Positions 48,060 through 60,440 are shown, counted from the stretch's first letter. The stretch is DNA of 64,000 nt from Dehalococcoidia bacterium (GCA_009692665.1 SHYT01000003.1:66389-130388), one strand, 5' to 3'. Numbers and translations are program-made. The notes: generated from the letters alone by a model not told the origin.

Positions 48060-49943
48060 GTGTTAGGGATGGAACAGGCCTGGCTGCAGCCCGCGATCTG
48101 CGCGGTGGCGTTTGTGGTGATCGCCCTGCCGGGTCGCGTGCTGCCGCGCAGCGGCGCGTGGCTGGGGCCGCTCGCTATCCTCTCCGCGTTCGTCATCTTC
48201 TGGTTCGTGCTAAGTGACCTGCTGAAGAACGGCCCCGCGACGTTTAGCTTCACGTGGCTTGAGGCCGGTGACGTCCGGATCATGTGGGGCATGATTCTGG
48301 ATAACCTCTCGGTGTCGATGCTCGGCCTGGTGAGCTTTGTAGCCCTTGGCGTGCAGGTCTACTCATGGGCGTACATGTCGGGCGAGCCGCGGTTTGGCTG
48401 GTATTTCGCTGTCCATTCGCTCTTTGCCGCGTCCATGATGGTGCTGGTTCTGGCGGACAACCTGCTGTTCATGTACATCGCGTGGGAGCTGGTCGGGCTT
48501 TGCTCCTACCTGCTGATTGGCTTCTACTACGAGCGCCGCTCCGCTGCCGAGGCGGCGAAGAAGGCATTCGTCACGACCCGCATCGGCGACGTGGGGATGC
48601 TCATCGGCATCCTTTTGCTTTATAAGACAGTGGGTACGTTCGACATTTCTGGAATCATCCATGCCGCCCAACACGTTGGCGAGCCGGGTAATCCCCTTTC
48701 CTCGGTAATGCTAACGGTCTCCATGCTCCTCATCTTTGCGGGCGCGGTGGGCAAGTCGGCCCAGTTCCCGCTGCACGTCTGGCTGCCGGACGCCATGGAA
48801 GGCCCCACGCCGGTCAGCGCCCTCATCCACGCAGCGACGATGGTGGTGGCGGGCGTGTACTTGGTGGCGCGCATGTTCCCCGCCTTTGAGATGGCCCCCA
48901 CCGCGATGACCGTGGTGGCAGTTATCGGGCTGATTACGGCGCTGCTTATGAGCTTCTTGGCCGTTGTCATGACGGACATCAAACGTGTGCTCGCCTACTC
49001 GACGGTGAGTCACCTGGGCTTCATGATGCTGGCACTTGGCTCGTTTGGAGTGGGCGCGGCCATCTTCCACCTGTTCACACACGCCTTCGCCAAGGCGATG
49101 CTCTTCTTGAGCGCGGGCAGCGTCTCGCACGGCGTGCACGGCAAGCTGGACATGCGCGAGATGGGCGGGCTGCGCTCCAAGATGCCGGTTACGTTCGCGT
49201 GCATGGCCATCGGCGCACTGTCGCTGGCGGGGCTGTTCCCGCTGAGCGGCTTCTTCAGCAAGGACGCCGTTCTTGGCACAGTCTTGGCTGGGCGCGGGCC
49301 GGTGTTCTTTATTCTCACATTGGTTGCAGCGTTCTTCAGCGCGTTCTACATGGCCCGCCTGGTGCTGGTGGTGTTCACCGGTCAGCCGCGCAGCCACGAG
49401 GCCGAGCACGCGCACGAGTCGCCGGTGCTGATGTTGATTCCGTTGGTTGCGTTAGCGCTGCTGACTATTGGCGCGACCGTCCTGGCCTTCCCAATCGCGG
49501 GCCACGCGAACTTTGGCCAGTTTATTTATCCGGCAGGTGAGGCCGAGCACTTCCAGTTGTGGCTTGCGGGCCTGTCCACGGTGACGGCCGGCGCCGGCCT
49601 GCTGATGGGCTGGCTCATCTACGGCACGCACGCCATCTCGCCGTCCTTCTTCCGTGACCGGTTCCCGGCCGTCCAACGCGTTCTGGAGCACAAGTACTAC
49701 ATCGACGACTTTTACCAGTGGGTCATCGACCACATCGTGCTCGGCGTCGGCGGCTTCGTGGCCCTCTTCGACCGGATCGTCATCAACGACGTGGGCATAA
49801 ACGGGCCGGGCAGGTCGGTCGTTCAGACCGGGAACAAGCTGCGGTTGCACGTGACCGGACAGCTTCCGAACTACGCGATGGTCATGGTGTTGGGCGCCAT
49901 TGTTATCGGCGTTATCTGGTGGCTCTTCGCGGTCAGGGCCTAG
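48060..49943 (+). CDS. nuoL: NADH-quinone oxidoreductase subunit L
   Basis: WELVGLCSYLLIGF, GKSAQFPLHVWLPDAMEGPTPVSALIHAATMV. Confidence 0.96.
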   Translation: MLGMEQAWLQPAICAVAFVVIALPGRVLPRSGAWLGPLAILSAFVIFWFVLSDLLKNGPATFSFTWLEAGDVRIMWGMILDNLSVSMLGLVSFVALGVQVYSWAYMSGEPRFGWYFAVHSLFAASMMVLVLADNLLFMYIAWELVGLCSYLLIGFYYERRSAAEAAKKAFVTTRIGDVGMLIGILLLYKTVGTFDISGIIHAAQHVGEPGNPLSSVMLTVSMLLIFAGAVGKSAQFPLHVWLPDAMEGPTPVSALIHAATMVVAGVYLVARMFPAFEMAPTAMTVVAVIGLITALLMSFLAVVMTDIKRVLAYSTVSHLGFMMLALGSFGVGAAIFHLFTHAFAKAMLFLSAGSVSHGVHGKLDMREMGGLRSKMPVTFACMAIGALSLAGLFPLSGFFSKDAVLGTVLAGRGPVFFILTLVAAFFSAFYMARLVLVVFTGQPRSHEAEHAHESPVLMLIPLVALALLTIGATVLAFPIAGHANFGQFIYPAGEAEHFQLWLAGLSTVTAGAGLLMGWLIYGTHAISPSFFRDRFPAVQRVLEHKYYIDDFYQWVIDHIVLGVGGFVALFDRIVINDVGINGPGRSVVQTGNKLRLHVTGQLPNYAMVMVLGAIVIGVIWWLFAVRA

Positions 49944-49956
49944 GTCAAGAGGATAG

Positions 49957-51468
49957 ATGGAAACGCTCGGCGAATACATCCTGCTCATTCTGACGGCACT
50001 TCCGTTCGTCGGAGCGCTCGCGCTGATCTTGTTCCCGACTAACCGGCCCAAGGCGGTTGCGCCGCTTGTTCTGGTCATCACCAGCATTACTCTGGTGTTG
50101 AGCGTGTATGTCTTCGTTGCCTACGACCGCGTTGCGGGCGGCTACCAGTTCATAGAGCGCTACGAATGGCTCCCGCAGATCGGCGCGTCACTGCACCTTG
50201 GCATCGACGGCATTGCGGCGGCGATGATGCTGCTGAACGGCGTGGTGGCATTCACCGGCACGCTCGTGTCGTGGAAGCTCGTGACCCGTCCCAAGGACTT
50301 TTTCATCTTGTTCCTCCTGCTGGTGTCCGGCGTGTACGGCACCTTCGCCTCGCTGGACCTGCTGTTTTTCTTCTTCTTCTACGAACTCGCCGTGCTGCCC
50401 ATGTACCTGCTCATAGGCGTGTGGGGCAGCACCACCGACTTCAAGACGTTCTTCCGGCCGAAAGAGTACGGCGCGTTGAAGCTGACGCTTATGCTGGTGG
50501 CAGGCAGCGTGCTGGTGTGGATCGCGCTGCTAGCCATGTGGCAGCAGGGCAGCGATTCTATTGGCAGGCTGACGTTCAACTTCTTCGATCTGCGCGAGGT
50601 CGCGTTCCCACCCACATTCCAAAAGATATTCTTCCCGTTCCTGTTTGTAGGCTTTGGCGTGCTGGCGGGTCTCTGGCCTTTCCACACCTGGTCGCCGGAC
50701 GGCCACGTGGCGGCACCGACGTCTGTGAGCATGCTGCACGCGGGCGTGCTGATGAAGCTGGGCGCGTTCGGTATCCTGCGCGTGGGCATGGAGCTGCTGC
50801 CGGAAGGCGCGCGGTCCTGGGGGCCGGTAATGATCGGGCTCGGCTCCGTCAACGTCATCTACGGCGCCGTCTCAGCGTTGGCGCAGAAGGACCTCAAATA
50901 CGTTGTCGGCTACTCCAGCGTCAGCCACATGGGCTACGTCATCATGGGCCTGGGGACGCTCGACCAGATCGGCATAAACGGCGCGGTGATGCAGATGTTC
51001 TCCCATGGCATCATGACCGCTCTCTTTTTCTGCATGGTAGGCGTCATCTACGAGCGCGCGCACCTTCGCGACATCACCGTGCTGGAGGGTCTGTCCAAAC
51101 GGATGGGCTTCGCGGCTGCGTTTCTCACGATTGCCGGTCTGGCGTCGCTTGGCCTGCCCGGACTCAGCGGCTTTGCCGCCGAGCTGGTGGTGTTCATCGG
51201 CATCTTCCGCACGTATCCAATCCTGGGCGTGCTCGCCGTAATTGGCGCAGCGTTGACCGCCGTGTACATCCTACGCCTGCTCGGCAAGGTCTTCTTTGGC
51301 CCTGTGAGCGAGCGCTGGGCGCACCTGACCGACGCTTCGAAGCTGGACATCGCAGCCGCGAGCATTCTGGTGGGCATGCTAGTGTTATGGGGACTCTACC
51401 CGCTTTACATCTACCGCATCATTGACAGTGGTGTGCTGCCCATTGCCAAACGCCTGGTAGGTGGATAA
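49957..51468 (+). CDS. nuoM: NADH-quinone oxidoreductase subunit M
   Basis: FYELAVLPMYLLIG, PFHTWSPDGHVAAPT, YSSVSHMG, LGLPGLSGF. Confidence 0.95.
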   Translation: METLGEYILLILTALPFVGALALILFPTNRPKAVAPLVLVITSITLVLSVYVFVAYDRVAGGYQFIERYEWLPQIGASLHLGIDGIAAAMMLLNGVVAFTGTLVSWKLVTRPKDFFILFLLLVSGVYGTFASLDLLFFFFFYELAVLPMYLLIGVWGSTTDFKTFFRPKEYGALKLTLMLVAGSVLVWIALLAMWQQGSDSIGRLTFNFFDLREVAFPPTFQKIFFPFLFVGFGVLAGLWPFHTWSPDGHVAAPTSVSMLHAGVLMKLGAFGILRVGMELLPEGARSWGPVMIGLGSVNVIYGAVSALAQKDLKYVVGYSSVSHMGYVIMGLGTLDQIGINGAVMQMFSHGIMTALFFCMVGVIYERAHLRDITVLEGLSKRMGFAAAFLTIAGLASLGLPGLSGFAAELVVFIGIFRTYPILGVLAVIGAALTAVYILRLLGKVFFGPVSERWAHLTDASKLDIAAASILVGMLVLWGLYPLYIYRIIDSGVLPIAKRLVGG

Positions 51469-52929
51469 ATGCCAGTGGTAAACCTGTCGCTTCTATTGCC
51501 TGAGTTCCTGGTGGCGGCGCTCGCGTTCGCGGTGTTCGCCGCCGACCTGTTCATGCGGCCCAGGCAGCGGAACGTGCTGTCGGTCGTTTCGGCCGTCGGC
51601 CTCGTCGCCATCGGCGTCTTCACATACTGGTTCCTCCAAGGCAAGAGCGAGAGCCTGTACAACGGCGTCTTGAAGATTGATAACTACAGCCTCTTCTTCA
51701 AAGTCTTTTTTCTAGCGATGGGTGTAATGATCGTCATCGCGTCCGCATCCTTTGTGAAGCAGTACCTCTCGCACCCCGGCGAGTATTACGGCATCCTGCT
51801 CTTTTCCGTGGTGGGCATGATGCTCATGTCCGGCGCGGGTGAACTCCTCACGGCCTACATCTCGCTGGAGTTGCTCAGCTTCAGCCTGTACATCATGGCC
51901 TCATACGCTCGCGATAACCCCAAGTCCAACGAGGCGGGCATCAAGTACGTGCTGCTCGGCGCGCTGTCGTCCGCCATTCTGCTGTACGGCATCAGCATGA
52001 TCTACGGCGCAACGGGGACGACGACGTTCTCCGACATTGCGGCGGCGCTGCGCAATCTTGATGCAGTCAACCCGCGTTTGCTCATCGGCATGGCTCTTGT
52101 GTTGGCGGGACTGGGGTTCAAGCTGGCCGCGGTGCCGTTCCATATGTGGGCACCAGACGTGTACGAAGGCGCGCCGCTGCCAGTGACAGCGTACATCGCC
52201 ATCGGCTCCAAGGTGGCGGCTTTCGCACTCATGCTGCGCCTCTTCGGCGAAGCCTTTCTCCCTGCCATTGACCAGTGGCGCATGCTCGTCGCCATTCTGG
52301 CCGCGCTCACCATGAGCGTCGGTAACCTGGTGGCGCTGGCGCAGACCAACATGAAGCGGTTGCTGGCGTATTCAAGCATCGCGCACGTGGGCTATCTGCT
52401 CATAGGCATTGCGGCCCTCTCGCCAATGGCGTCCACCGGCCTCATGTTCTATCTGGTCGGCTACTCCGCCACCAACATGCTGCTGTTCGCCGCGGTCATC
52501 GCGTTCTACAACAAGGAGCCACGTGACGACATCAGCGCGCTGGCGGGTCTCGCGGACCGCTCTCCCTTCCTAGCTGGAGCCATGGCCGCCGCCCTCTTCT
52601 CGCTGTCCGGCCTGCCATTCTTTGCGGGGTTCATTGTGAAATTCTACCTATTCAGCGCGGCAACACATGAGGGGCTGCTCTGGCTGGCGGGGCTCGCCAT
52701 CTTTAATAGTCTTGTCTCGCTCTACTACTACCTCATGATTATTAAACAGATGTACATCAACCAGTCGCCGGACAAAACGCCTATCCGGGTATCGGGCGGC
52801 ATGGCTGCGCTTGTCATTGCGCTGGTCATCGCCGTATTCGTGATTGGCCTCTATCCCGCCCCATTCGTCGATGTGATTGAAAGTGCCACCCGCACCATCT
52901 TCCCAGCAACGATGATGGCATCCTACTAG
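51469..52929 (+). CDS. nuoN: NADH-quinone oxidoreductase subunit N
   Basis: SNEAGIKY, FKLAAVPFHMWAPDVYEGAP, KRLLAYSSIAH. Confidence 0.96.
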   Translation: MPVVNLSLLLPEFLVAALAFAVFAADLFMRPRQRNVLSVVSAVGLVAIGVFTYWFLQGKSESLYNGVLKIDNYSLFFKVFFLAMGVMIVIASASFVKQYLSHPGEYYGILLFSVVGMMLMSGAGELLTAYISLELLSFSLYIMASYARDNPKSNEAGIKYVLLGALSSAILLYGISMIYGATGTTTFSDIAAALRNLDAVNPRLLIGMALVLAGLGFKLAAVPFHMWAPDVYEGAPLPVTAYIAIGSKVAAFALMLRLFGEAFLPAIDQWRMLVAILAALTMSVGNLVALAQTNMKRLLAYSSIAHVGYLLIGIAALSPMASTGLMFYLVGYSATNMLLFAAVIAFYNKEPRDDISALAGLADRSPFLAGAMAAALFSLSGLPFFAGFIVKFYLFSAATHEGLLWLAGLAIFNSLVSLYYYLMIIKQMYINQSPDKTPIRVSGGMAALVIALVIAVFVIGLYPAPFVDVIESATRTIFPATMMASY

Positions 52930-52998
52930 GCGACTGCGGTTTCAGCACCTCTGCCTTGCGTAGCCCATTGGGCCTCGTCGAAGGGATGTCTTCGTCGG

Positions 52999-53920
52999 CT
53001 ACCGGTCTTGCGGAACATTTGAATCGTGCGCATTGTGATGGCCCTCCACGCACGCCTCACCATTCGGGCCTTCCAGTTGGATAGTGACGTGAGAAATGCC
53101 AAGCTCTCCGGTTGCAATATTCCTCAGGAGTTGGAGCACCTAGGCCGGGTGCAACATGCCGTTTTGGTTGGTCGTGACGTGTGCGCTCAGGACTTCGTAT
53201 CCAGGTGAAATGGTCCACACGTGGATGTCATGGACAGCGCTGACACCGTCAACCTGCTCCAGCCGCTGGCAGAGAACGCCTGTGCGGGGTGCCTTCCATA
53301 AGTACGTGTGTCACTCTCCACAAAAGGCGCGTGGAGCTTACCAGGATAAGACACGCGGTGATTGCACCAAAAATTGGGTCAGCAACGGACCAGCCAAACA
53401 GAATGGTAAGACCGCCCGCCACAACGACTCCGATAGAACCGAGCAGGTCTCCAATGACGTGGAGGAAAGCACCTTCTACGTTGACATTGCGGCCGGCAGA
53501 CCGTTTTAAAATCAGGGCGACAGGGGCGTTCACAACGAGTCCGGCAAGGCCTATGACGACCATGAGTGGAGCTTGAGGTTGGATCGGCGCTAGGAAACGA
53601 CGGTACGCCTCAAAGAAAATCCAGCCGGCGATAATCCACAGACTGACTGCATTGAGCAGGGCTGCCAGAACTTCAGCCCGTTGGAAGCCGAATGTGCGGC
53701 CAGCCGACGCCGGGCGCGTGGCTACCCATATTGCAAGCAGCGCGAGCAAAAGCGAAGCGGCGTCCGTGACCATATGGCCTGCATCCGCTAGCAGGGACAG
53801 GCTGTTGGCGCGAAGTCCCCCAACGACTTCAACCACCATGTAACAGGCCGTGAGAGCCAACGCGAACATGAGGCTGTTACGGCTAGCCTGGTAGGAATCA
53901 TGCTGGTATTTTTCGTTCAT
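52999..53920 (-). pseudogene. Cation diffusion facilitator (CzcD/ZitB-like), disrupted C-terminal domain
   Basis: SLLADAGHM..D, TFGFQRAEVLAA, GAFLHVIGD, LMEGTP; frameshift near 53280 into VHDIHVWTI..LSAHV..SHVTIQLE, with an extra TAG at 53140-53142. Confidence 0.85.
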
Positions 53921-54046
53921 TTCTCAGTCAATCGGGTGCGTGCATCGCGTGCGTGAAAGGGCAGTAAAGCGGTCACTACCTCAATTTCATCTTAGGTTGC
54001 TAGGTTAGGAGGGTCAAGAAATAGCGGGCAACCCTAGAAAACTGGC

Positions 54047-54076
54047 TTGACATAGCCCGAATTCCGCTTTTACAAT
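54047..54076 (+). promoter_or_regulatory. Sigma70 promoter of pyrG
   Basis: TTGACA 54047-54052, 18 nt, TACAAT 54071-54076. Confidence 0.65.
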
Positions 54077-54211
54077 CTTAGGCAAGCATAGTCATGGTAC
54101 CAACACTCTATTTCCAGGCGGCTATGCAGGCCACATGAGTTATCAATCCCTCTTGAACTCCACTCCGTTGTCATGGCATACGCCCGAATACCATTGGTTA
54201 GGGTAGTGTAG

Positions 54212-55894
<1,683 letters not shown>

Positions 55895-55944
55895 GGGCTT
55901 GAACTAAAAGGCCCTAGTTGAAAAATTCCTACCCCTTCTCCCAC

Positions 55945-55982
55945 AGAGCCTGTCCTGAGCAGAGCGTAGTGGAGTCGAAGGA
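55945..55982 (+). repeat. Short dispersed intergenic repeat (CCTGAGC...GTCGAAGG type)
   Basis: AGAGCCTGTCCTGAGCA matches the reverse complement of 30093-30109 at 15/17; GCGTAG..GTCGAAGG recurs near 52958-52986. Confidence 0.5.
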
Positions 55983-56074
55983 AGAAGGGTGCAGAAAAAG
56001 ATGAGGTATCGCTGAATGTATATGCGCCAACCAAATGCACGAACAACGAAATCCTGCTATACTAGGAGGCACCA

Positions 56075-56740
56075 ATGAGACTCTTCCTCGATACCGCTAA
56101 CGTCGAGGAAATTCGTGAGGCTGCCGCCCTCGGCGTTATCAGCGGCATTACAACAAACCCCTCACTAGCTGCCAAAGAGCGCATCGGCGATTTGGAGTCC
56201 TATAAAGCAGCCATCCTCACTATTACAAAACTCATAGACGGCCCCATCTCCGTGGAAGTAACCGCCTTGGACACCGCCGGCATGGTGCATCAGGCGGAAG
56301 ACATCGCAACGTGGCACCCCAACGTGGTGGTCAAGTTGCCCAGCACCGTAGACGGCTTCAAGGCCATGGCCGTCATGCGCAAGAGGCACATCCCGGTCAA
56401 CCAGACCCTGTGCTTCTCCGTGAACCAGGCTATCCTCGGCGCCGAGCTTGGCGTCAAATACGTCAGTCCATTCATAGGCCGGTTTGACGATGAGGGGCAG
56501 GACGGGATGGAAGTGGTAAAAGACATCGTAGAGGTCTACAGGACACAAAAGGTGCGTACCCAAGTACTGGCAGCAAGCATCCGCCATCCGCTGCACGTCG
56601 TGCAAGCGGCCAAAGTCGGCGCGGACGTCGCCACCCTCCCCTTCAAAATCCTCATGCAAATGACCCAACACTCCCTGACAGACGTCGGCATGGCCAAGTT
56701 CACGCAAGACTGGAAAAACGCGACAGGAGGGAGGCGGTAG
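56075..56740 (+). CDS. Transaldolase / fructose-6-phosphate aldolase (short TalC/FSA type)
   Basis: FLDTAN, GITTNPSL, VVKLP, YVSPFIGR, LAASIRHP. Confidence 0.93.
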   Translation: MRLFLDTANVEEIREAAALGVISGITTNPSLAAKERIGDLESYKAAILTITKLIDGPISVEVTALDTAGMVHQAEDIATWHPNVVVKLPSTVDGFKAMAVMRKRHIPVNQTLCFSVNQAILGAELGVKYVSPFIGRFDDEGQDGMEVVKDIVEVYRTQKVRTQVLAASIRHPLHVVQAAKVGADVATLPFKILMQMTQHSLTDVGMAKFTQDWKNATGGRR

Positions 56741-56908
56741 GATATGTTCCTCCCTTCCTTACCCGCGCAGCGCACCATAAGGCCGCCCATGTGCCCTTAA
56801 AGCACCGCCTGTAAAGCGCCACACGCCAAATCGACAGTCCAAACCAACCCACGCCGCACCATTCCAATGCCACAACAGGCACTCGGCACAACAGAAGAGG
56901 AGAACCCC

Positions 56909-58192
56909 ATGAACCTAGCAGAACTAGAAACAAAGACCAAAGAAGAATTGATAGAAATGGCCCAGTCCCTGGGCCTTGAGAACGGGGCCGGCGCGGGCGC
57001 GGTCAAGCGCGAGGACTTGGTCTACCAACTCCTCGAAGCCGAAGCCAAGCAGCAAGGGCTCGTCCTTTCCACCGGCATCCTGGAGCTTGCGCAGGAAGGC
57101 TATGGGTTCCTCCGCGCCAACATGCCCAAGAACGGCCCGGGCGACGTCTACGTCTCCCAGTCCCAAATCCGCCGATTCGGCCTCCGCACCGGCGACCAGG
57201 TCACCGGTCAGGTGCGACCGCCCAAGGAAGGGGAGCGCTACTTCGGCCTCATTCGCGTCGAAGCCATCAACGGCATTGACGCCGAGCAGGCCCGCAACCG
57301 CCCCAACTTTGATAACCTCACCCCCATCTACCCAACGCGCCACCTGAAGCTTGAGACCAATCCCGGCAACCTGGCCCAGCGGATGATTGACGTCATCGCG
57401 CCCATCGGCGCAGGCCAGCGCGGCATGATCGTATCGCCGCCAAAAGCCGGCAAGACCACCCTGCTTAAGAACATCGCCGCCGGCATCAGCCAGAACCACC
57501 CGGACGTGCAGCTCATGGTCGTGCTCGCCGGTGAGCGCCCTGAAGAAGTCACCGACATCAAACGCTCCATCAAAGGCGAAGTCTACAGCTCCACCTTTGA
57601 CGAGCCTGTCGAAGACCACTGCCGCATCGCCGAGCTCTCGCTGGAGCGCGCCAAGCGTCTCGTCGAAAGCGGCAAGCACGTGGTCCTGCTGCTCGATAGC
57701 CTGACCCGCCTCGTCCGCGCCTACAACCTGGCGCTGCCGTCCACGGGCCGCACGCTCTCCGGCGGCGTTGACCCCGCCGCACTCTATCCGCCCAAGCGCT
57801 TCTTCGGTGCCGCCCGCAACACGGAAGAAGGCGGCAGCCTCACCATCATCGCCTCCTGCCTTATCGACACCGGCAGCCGCATGGACGAAGTCATCTATGA
57901 AGAGTTCAAGGGCACCGGCAACTGCGAAATCCATCTTGACCGCCGCCTGGCTGAGAAGCGCGTCTTCCCAGCCCTGGACATCCAGCGTAGCGGCACCCGC
58001 CGTGAAGACCTCATCCTGACCGAGTTGCAGATGAAGCAGGTCGTGCTGCTCCGCCGCATGAGCTCCCTGCTCACCAGCGGCCAGAACGCCCTCGACCCCA
58101 CAGAAGCCACCGAGAAAATCCTGGACCGCCTCTCCCGCACCAAGTCCAACGAAGACTTCCTTAAAAACCTCACCCGCGCCGGCAGCGACTAA
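56909..58192 (+). CDS. rho: Transcription termination factor Rho
   Basis: [41 protein letters not shown]; ATG after GAGGAG. Confidence 0.97.
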   Translation: MNLAELETKTKEELIEMAQSLGLENGAGAGAVKREDLVYQLLEAEAKQQGLVLSTGILELAQEGYGFLRANMPKNGPGDVYVSQSQIRRFGLRTGDQVTGQVRPPKEGERYFGLIRVEAINGIDAEQARNRPNFDNLTPIYPTRHLKLETNPGNLAQRMIDVIAPIGAGQRGMIVSPPKAGKTTLLKNIAAGISQNHPDVQLMVVLAGERPEEVTDIKRSIKGEVYSSTFDEPVEDHCRIAELSLERAKRLVESGKHVVLLLDSLTRLVRAYNLALPSTGRTLSGGVDPAALYPPKRFFGAARNTEEGGSLTIIASCLIDTGSRMDEVIYEEFKGTGNCEIHLDRRLAEKRVFPALDIQRSGTRREDLILTELQMKQVVLLRRMSSLLTSGQNALDPTEATEKILDRLSRTKSNEDFLKNLTRAGSD

Positions 58193-58218
58193 CACCGTCC
58201 TGCCTCAACCGACACGAG

Positions 58219-58254
58219 AAGAGGGGAGCCAGTTGGCTCCCCTCTTTTTATTTG
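58219..58254 (+). terminator. Intrinsic terminator after rho
   Basis: AAGAGGGGAGCCA-gt-TGGCTCCCCTCTT followed by TTTATTT. Confidence 0.85.
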
Positions 58255-58274
58255 TAGGTTCACACCGTCGCGCT

Positions 58275-58958
58275 TTAACTCCTCGTCTTTTGCCAGCAAC
58301 TACGGCACAGGGGCTTCTTGTACGATGTCTCAGCGTGGTTCCCGCAGATGTGGCAACACTTCTCCGGATAGTCGGGGTTCTGGTATTCAGCCCAAGAGTC
58401 ATAGCAAGGATCACAGAGGGGCTTCGACGGCCCTAGGAAAAGAGAGCGCTGGCATCGAATACAAAATCCGGTGTTGGATGTTCGCGCCTTTCTGTCTTCG
58501 ATAGATTGGTCAATTTGTGCCTTTGATACATCGATGAATGTGGCACTCTTGAACAACTGTCGGTTGACGTACTCGCGAACCTCTTCAGCATCCCGAGGAT
58601 TGGTAACAAGATAGGCAATTTCCCAAGAGTTATCGGCTGATGACTCGTACAAGTTCATAGAACTTAGGAGGGTGTTCTTTTCACTGAAATATATTTTGGC
58701 GTGGAGATCCTGGAGAACGTATAGTTTGGCTCCGTTCGCTACCAACCAACGAAGACAATCAAAGTCCGGATTGTCCTGATTCTCACGGACCAAGACTCAA
58801 ACTTCTACGCCCCTCTGGACAGCTAACGTGAGTGACTTCTCTACATGTCCCAATAGTTTCATGTAAGGGGCAATAAGTACAATGTGGCGCTCCGCCTCAT
58901 TGAGAAGGGAAAGCAGTTGGGCCGCAACCTCACTATTTACAAAAACCGCTTTCTCCAA
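58275..58958 (-). pseudogene. Single-HKD phospholipase D/nuclease-fold protein with C-terminal Zn ribbons, interrupted by an in-frame TGA
   Basis: TTG 58958 frame gives LLNEAERHIVLIAPY..AVQRGVEV*VLVR (TGA 58797-58799), then LHAKIYFSE..LLSSMNL and CIRC/CDPC/CHIC/CRSC; lower GC than flanks. Confidence 0.8.
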
Positions 58959-59193
58959 ATCTACCACCTTTAGCTTCTAGGACTGCTGCAATGCCCCCCT
59001 AGTCAGTCAACATCCTGCGTCTCTACTTGTCGTCGCGCAAACGCGGGAGCATCCTCATGTCCGGGGACGGATCACTGCCCGTCTCTCTGCAGGCTTAATC
59101 GTTATCACCGCCACGGGGCTGCGACGCATCACCTGCTCCGCAGGAACCAGTCGTACGGCACCCTCACCCTCTGGTGGGTTCTAGGCCACTGCC

Positions 59194-60438
59194 CTAGTCG
59201 TCGAACCTTTTGAGCACCAGGCAGGCGTTTTGCCCGCCAAAGCCGAAGCTGTTGGACAATACCGTGCGCACATTCTTCTTGCGCGCCACGTTCGGAATGT
59301 AGTCCAGGTCACACTGCGGGTCCTTTTGCTCCTGGTTGATGGTTGGGTGCATGATGCCATCACGGATGGTCATCACGCAGGCCACCGCCTCCATCGCGCC
59401 GGAGGCGCCTAGGCAGTGGCCGATCATGGACTTGGACGAGCTAATGGGGATCTTGTACGCCTGTTCGCCAAACAGCCGCTTGATGGCCAGCGTTTCCACC
59501 TGGTCATTGATGGGTGTGGACGTGCCGTGCGCGTTGATGTAATCAAGCTCCGTGAAGCTAAGGTGCGCTTTCTCCAGCGCCATTTTCATGGCGCGGCGGG
59601 CGCCGTCGCCGGTCTCATCCGGCTGCACCGGGTGGAACGCGTCTGCGGACACGCCGGAGCCGACGATTTCACACAGCGGTATCGCGCCGCGGTCCATGGC
59701 GTGCTCCAGCGATTCCAGGATGAGGCACGCCGCGCCCTCGCCGGGAACAAAGCCGTCGCGTCCTGCGTCAAAAGGGCGGCTGGCCTTTGTCGGCTCTTCG
59801 TTGCGTGTGGAAAGCGCGCGCATGACACAGAAGCCGGAGAGGCCCAGCACGCTGATGCCTGCTTCCGTGCCGCCGCTCACGATCACGTCCGCGTCGCCGC
59901 GCTTGATAACCTCCATTGCGTCGCCAATGGCCTGCGTACTCGCAGCGCATGCCGTGATGGCCGTAGCGTTATAGCCCTTCAATCCAAGCAGGCGGCTGAC
60001 GTTGGCCGCAGCCATGTTGGGCAGAATCATGGGAATGAAGAACGGCGAGACGCGCATGGGCCCCTTGGCAACCATAACGCGCGCGTTCTCTTCGGTCGTG
60101 GGGAAGCCGCCATTGCCGTTTCCCAGCACCACGCCAAGCCGCTCCGGATCCTCCTTGGCAATGTTCAGCTTGGCATCCTCCACCGCCTTCACCGCAGCCG
60201 CGACTGCAAGCTGGCTGAAGCGGGCCATGCGGCGTGCTTCCTTGGAGTCCATGTACTTGCCAGGATCGAAGTTCTTGACCTCCCCCGCAATTTTTGTGGG
60301 TAATTCTGAAGGGTCGCAGAGCGTCATTGGCCCAATGCCGGACTTTCCTGCTAAGAGCCCTTGCCAGTACTCCTGCACGGTCTGGCCCAGCGGGCTCATG
60401 ATGCCCATGCCTGTAATGACAACGCGATGTGGTTCCAT
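59194..60438 (-). CDS. fabF: Beta-ketoacyl-ACP synthase II
   Basis: RVVITGMG, TACAAS, INAHGTST, KSMIGH, SNSFGFGGQN. Confidence 0.96.
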   Translation of the reverse strand: MEPHRVVITGMGIMSPLGQTVQEYWQGLLAGKSGIGPMTLCDPSELPTKIAGEVKNFDPGKYMDSKEARRMARFSQLAVAAAVKAVEDAKLNIAKEDPERLGVVLGNGNGGFPTTEENARVMVAKGPMRVSPFFIPMILPNMAAANVSRLLGLKGYNATAITACAASTQAIGDAMEVIKRGDADVIVSGGTEAGISVLGLSGFCVMRALSTRNEEPTKASRPFDAGRDGFVPGEGAACLILESLEHAMDRGAIPLCEIVGSGVSADAFHPVQPDETGDGARRAMKMALEKAHLSFTELDYINAHGTSTPINDQVETLAIKRLFGEQAYKIPISSSKSMIGHCLGASGAMEAVACVMTIRDGIMHPTINQEQKDPQCDLDYIPNVARKKNVRTVLSNSFGFGGQNACLVLKRFDD

Positions 60439-60440
60439 GG

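Noticed and set aside
50166-51425. 419-aa same-strand alternative-frame ORF inside nuoM
   Set aside because: Arg/Ala/Gly-rich composition typical of off-frame reads in high-GC genes
53990-54012. TTAGGTTGCTAGGTTAGG as a DtxR/IdeR metal box upstream of the CDF gene
   Set aside because: Direct repeat rather than the required palindrome; too weak to call
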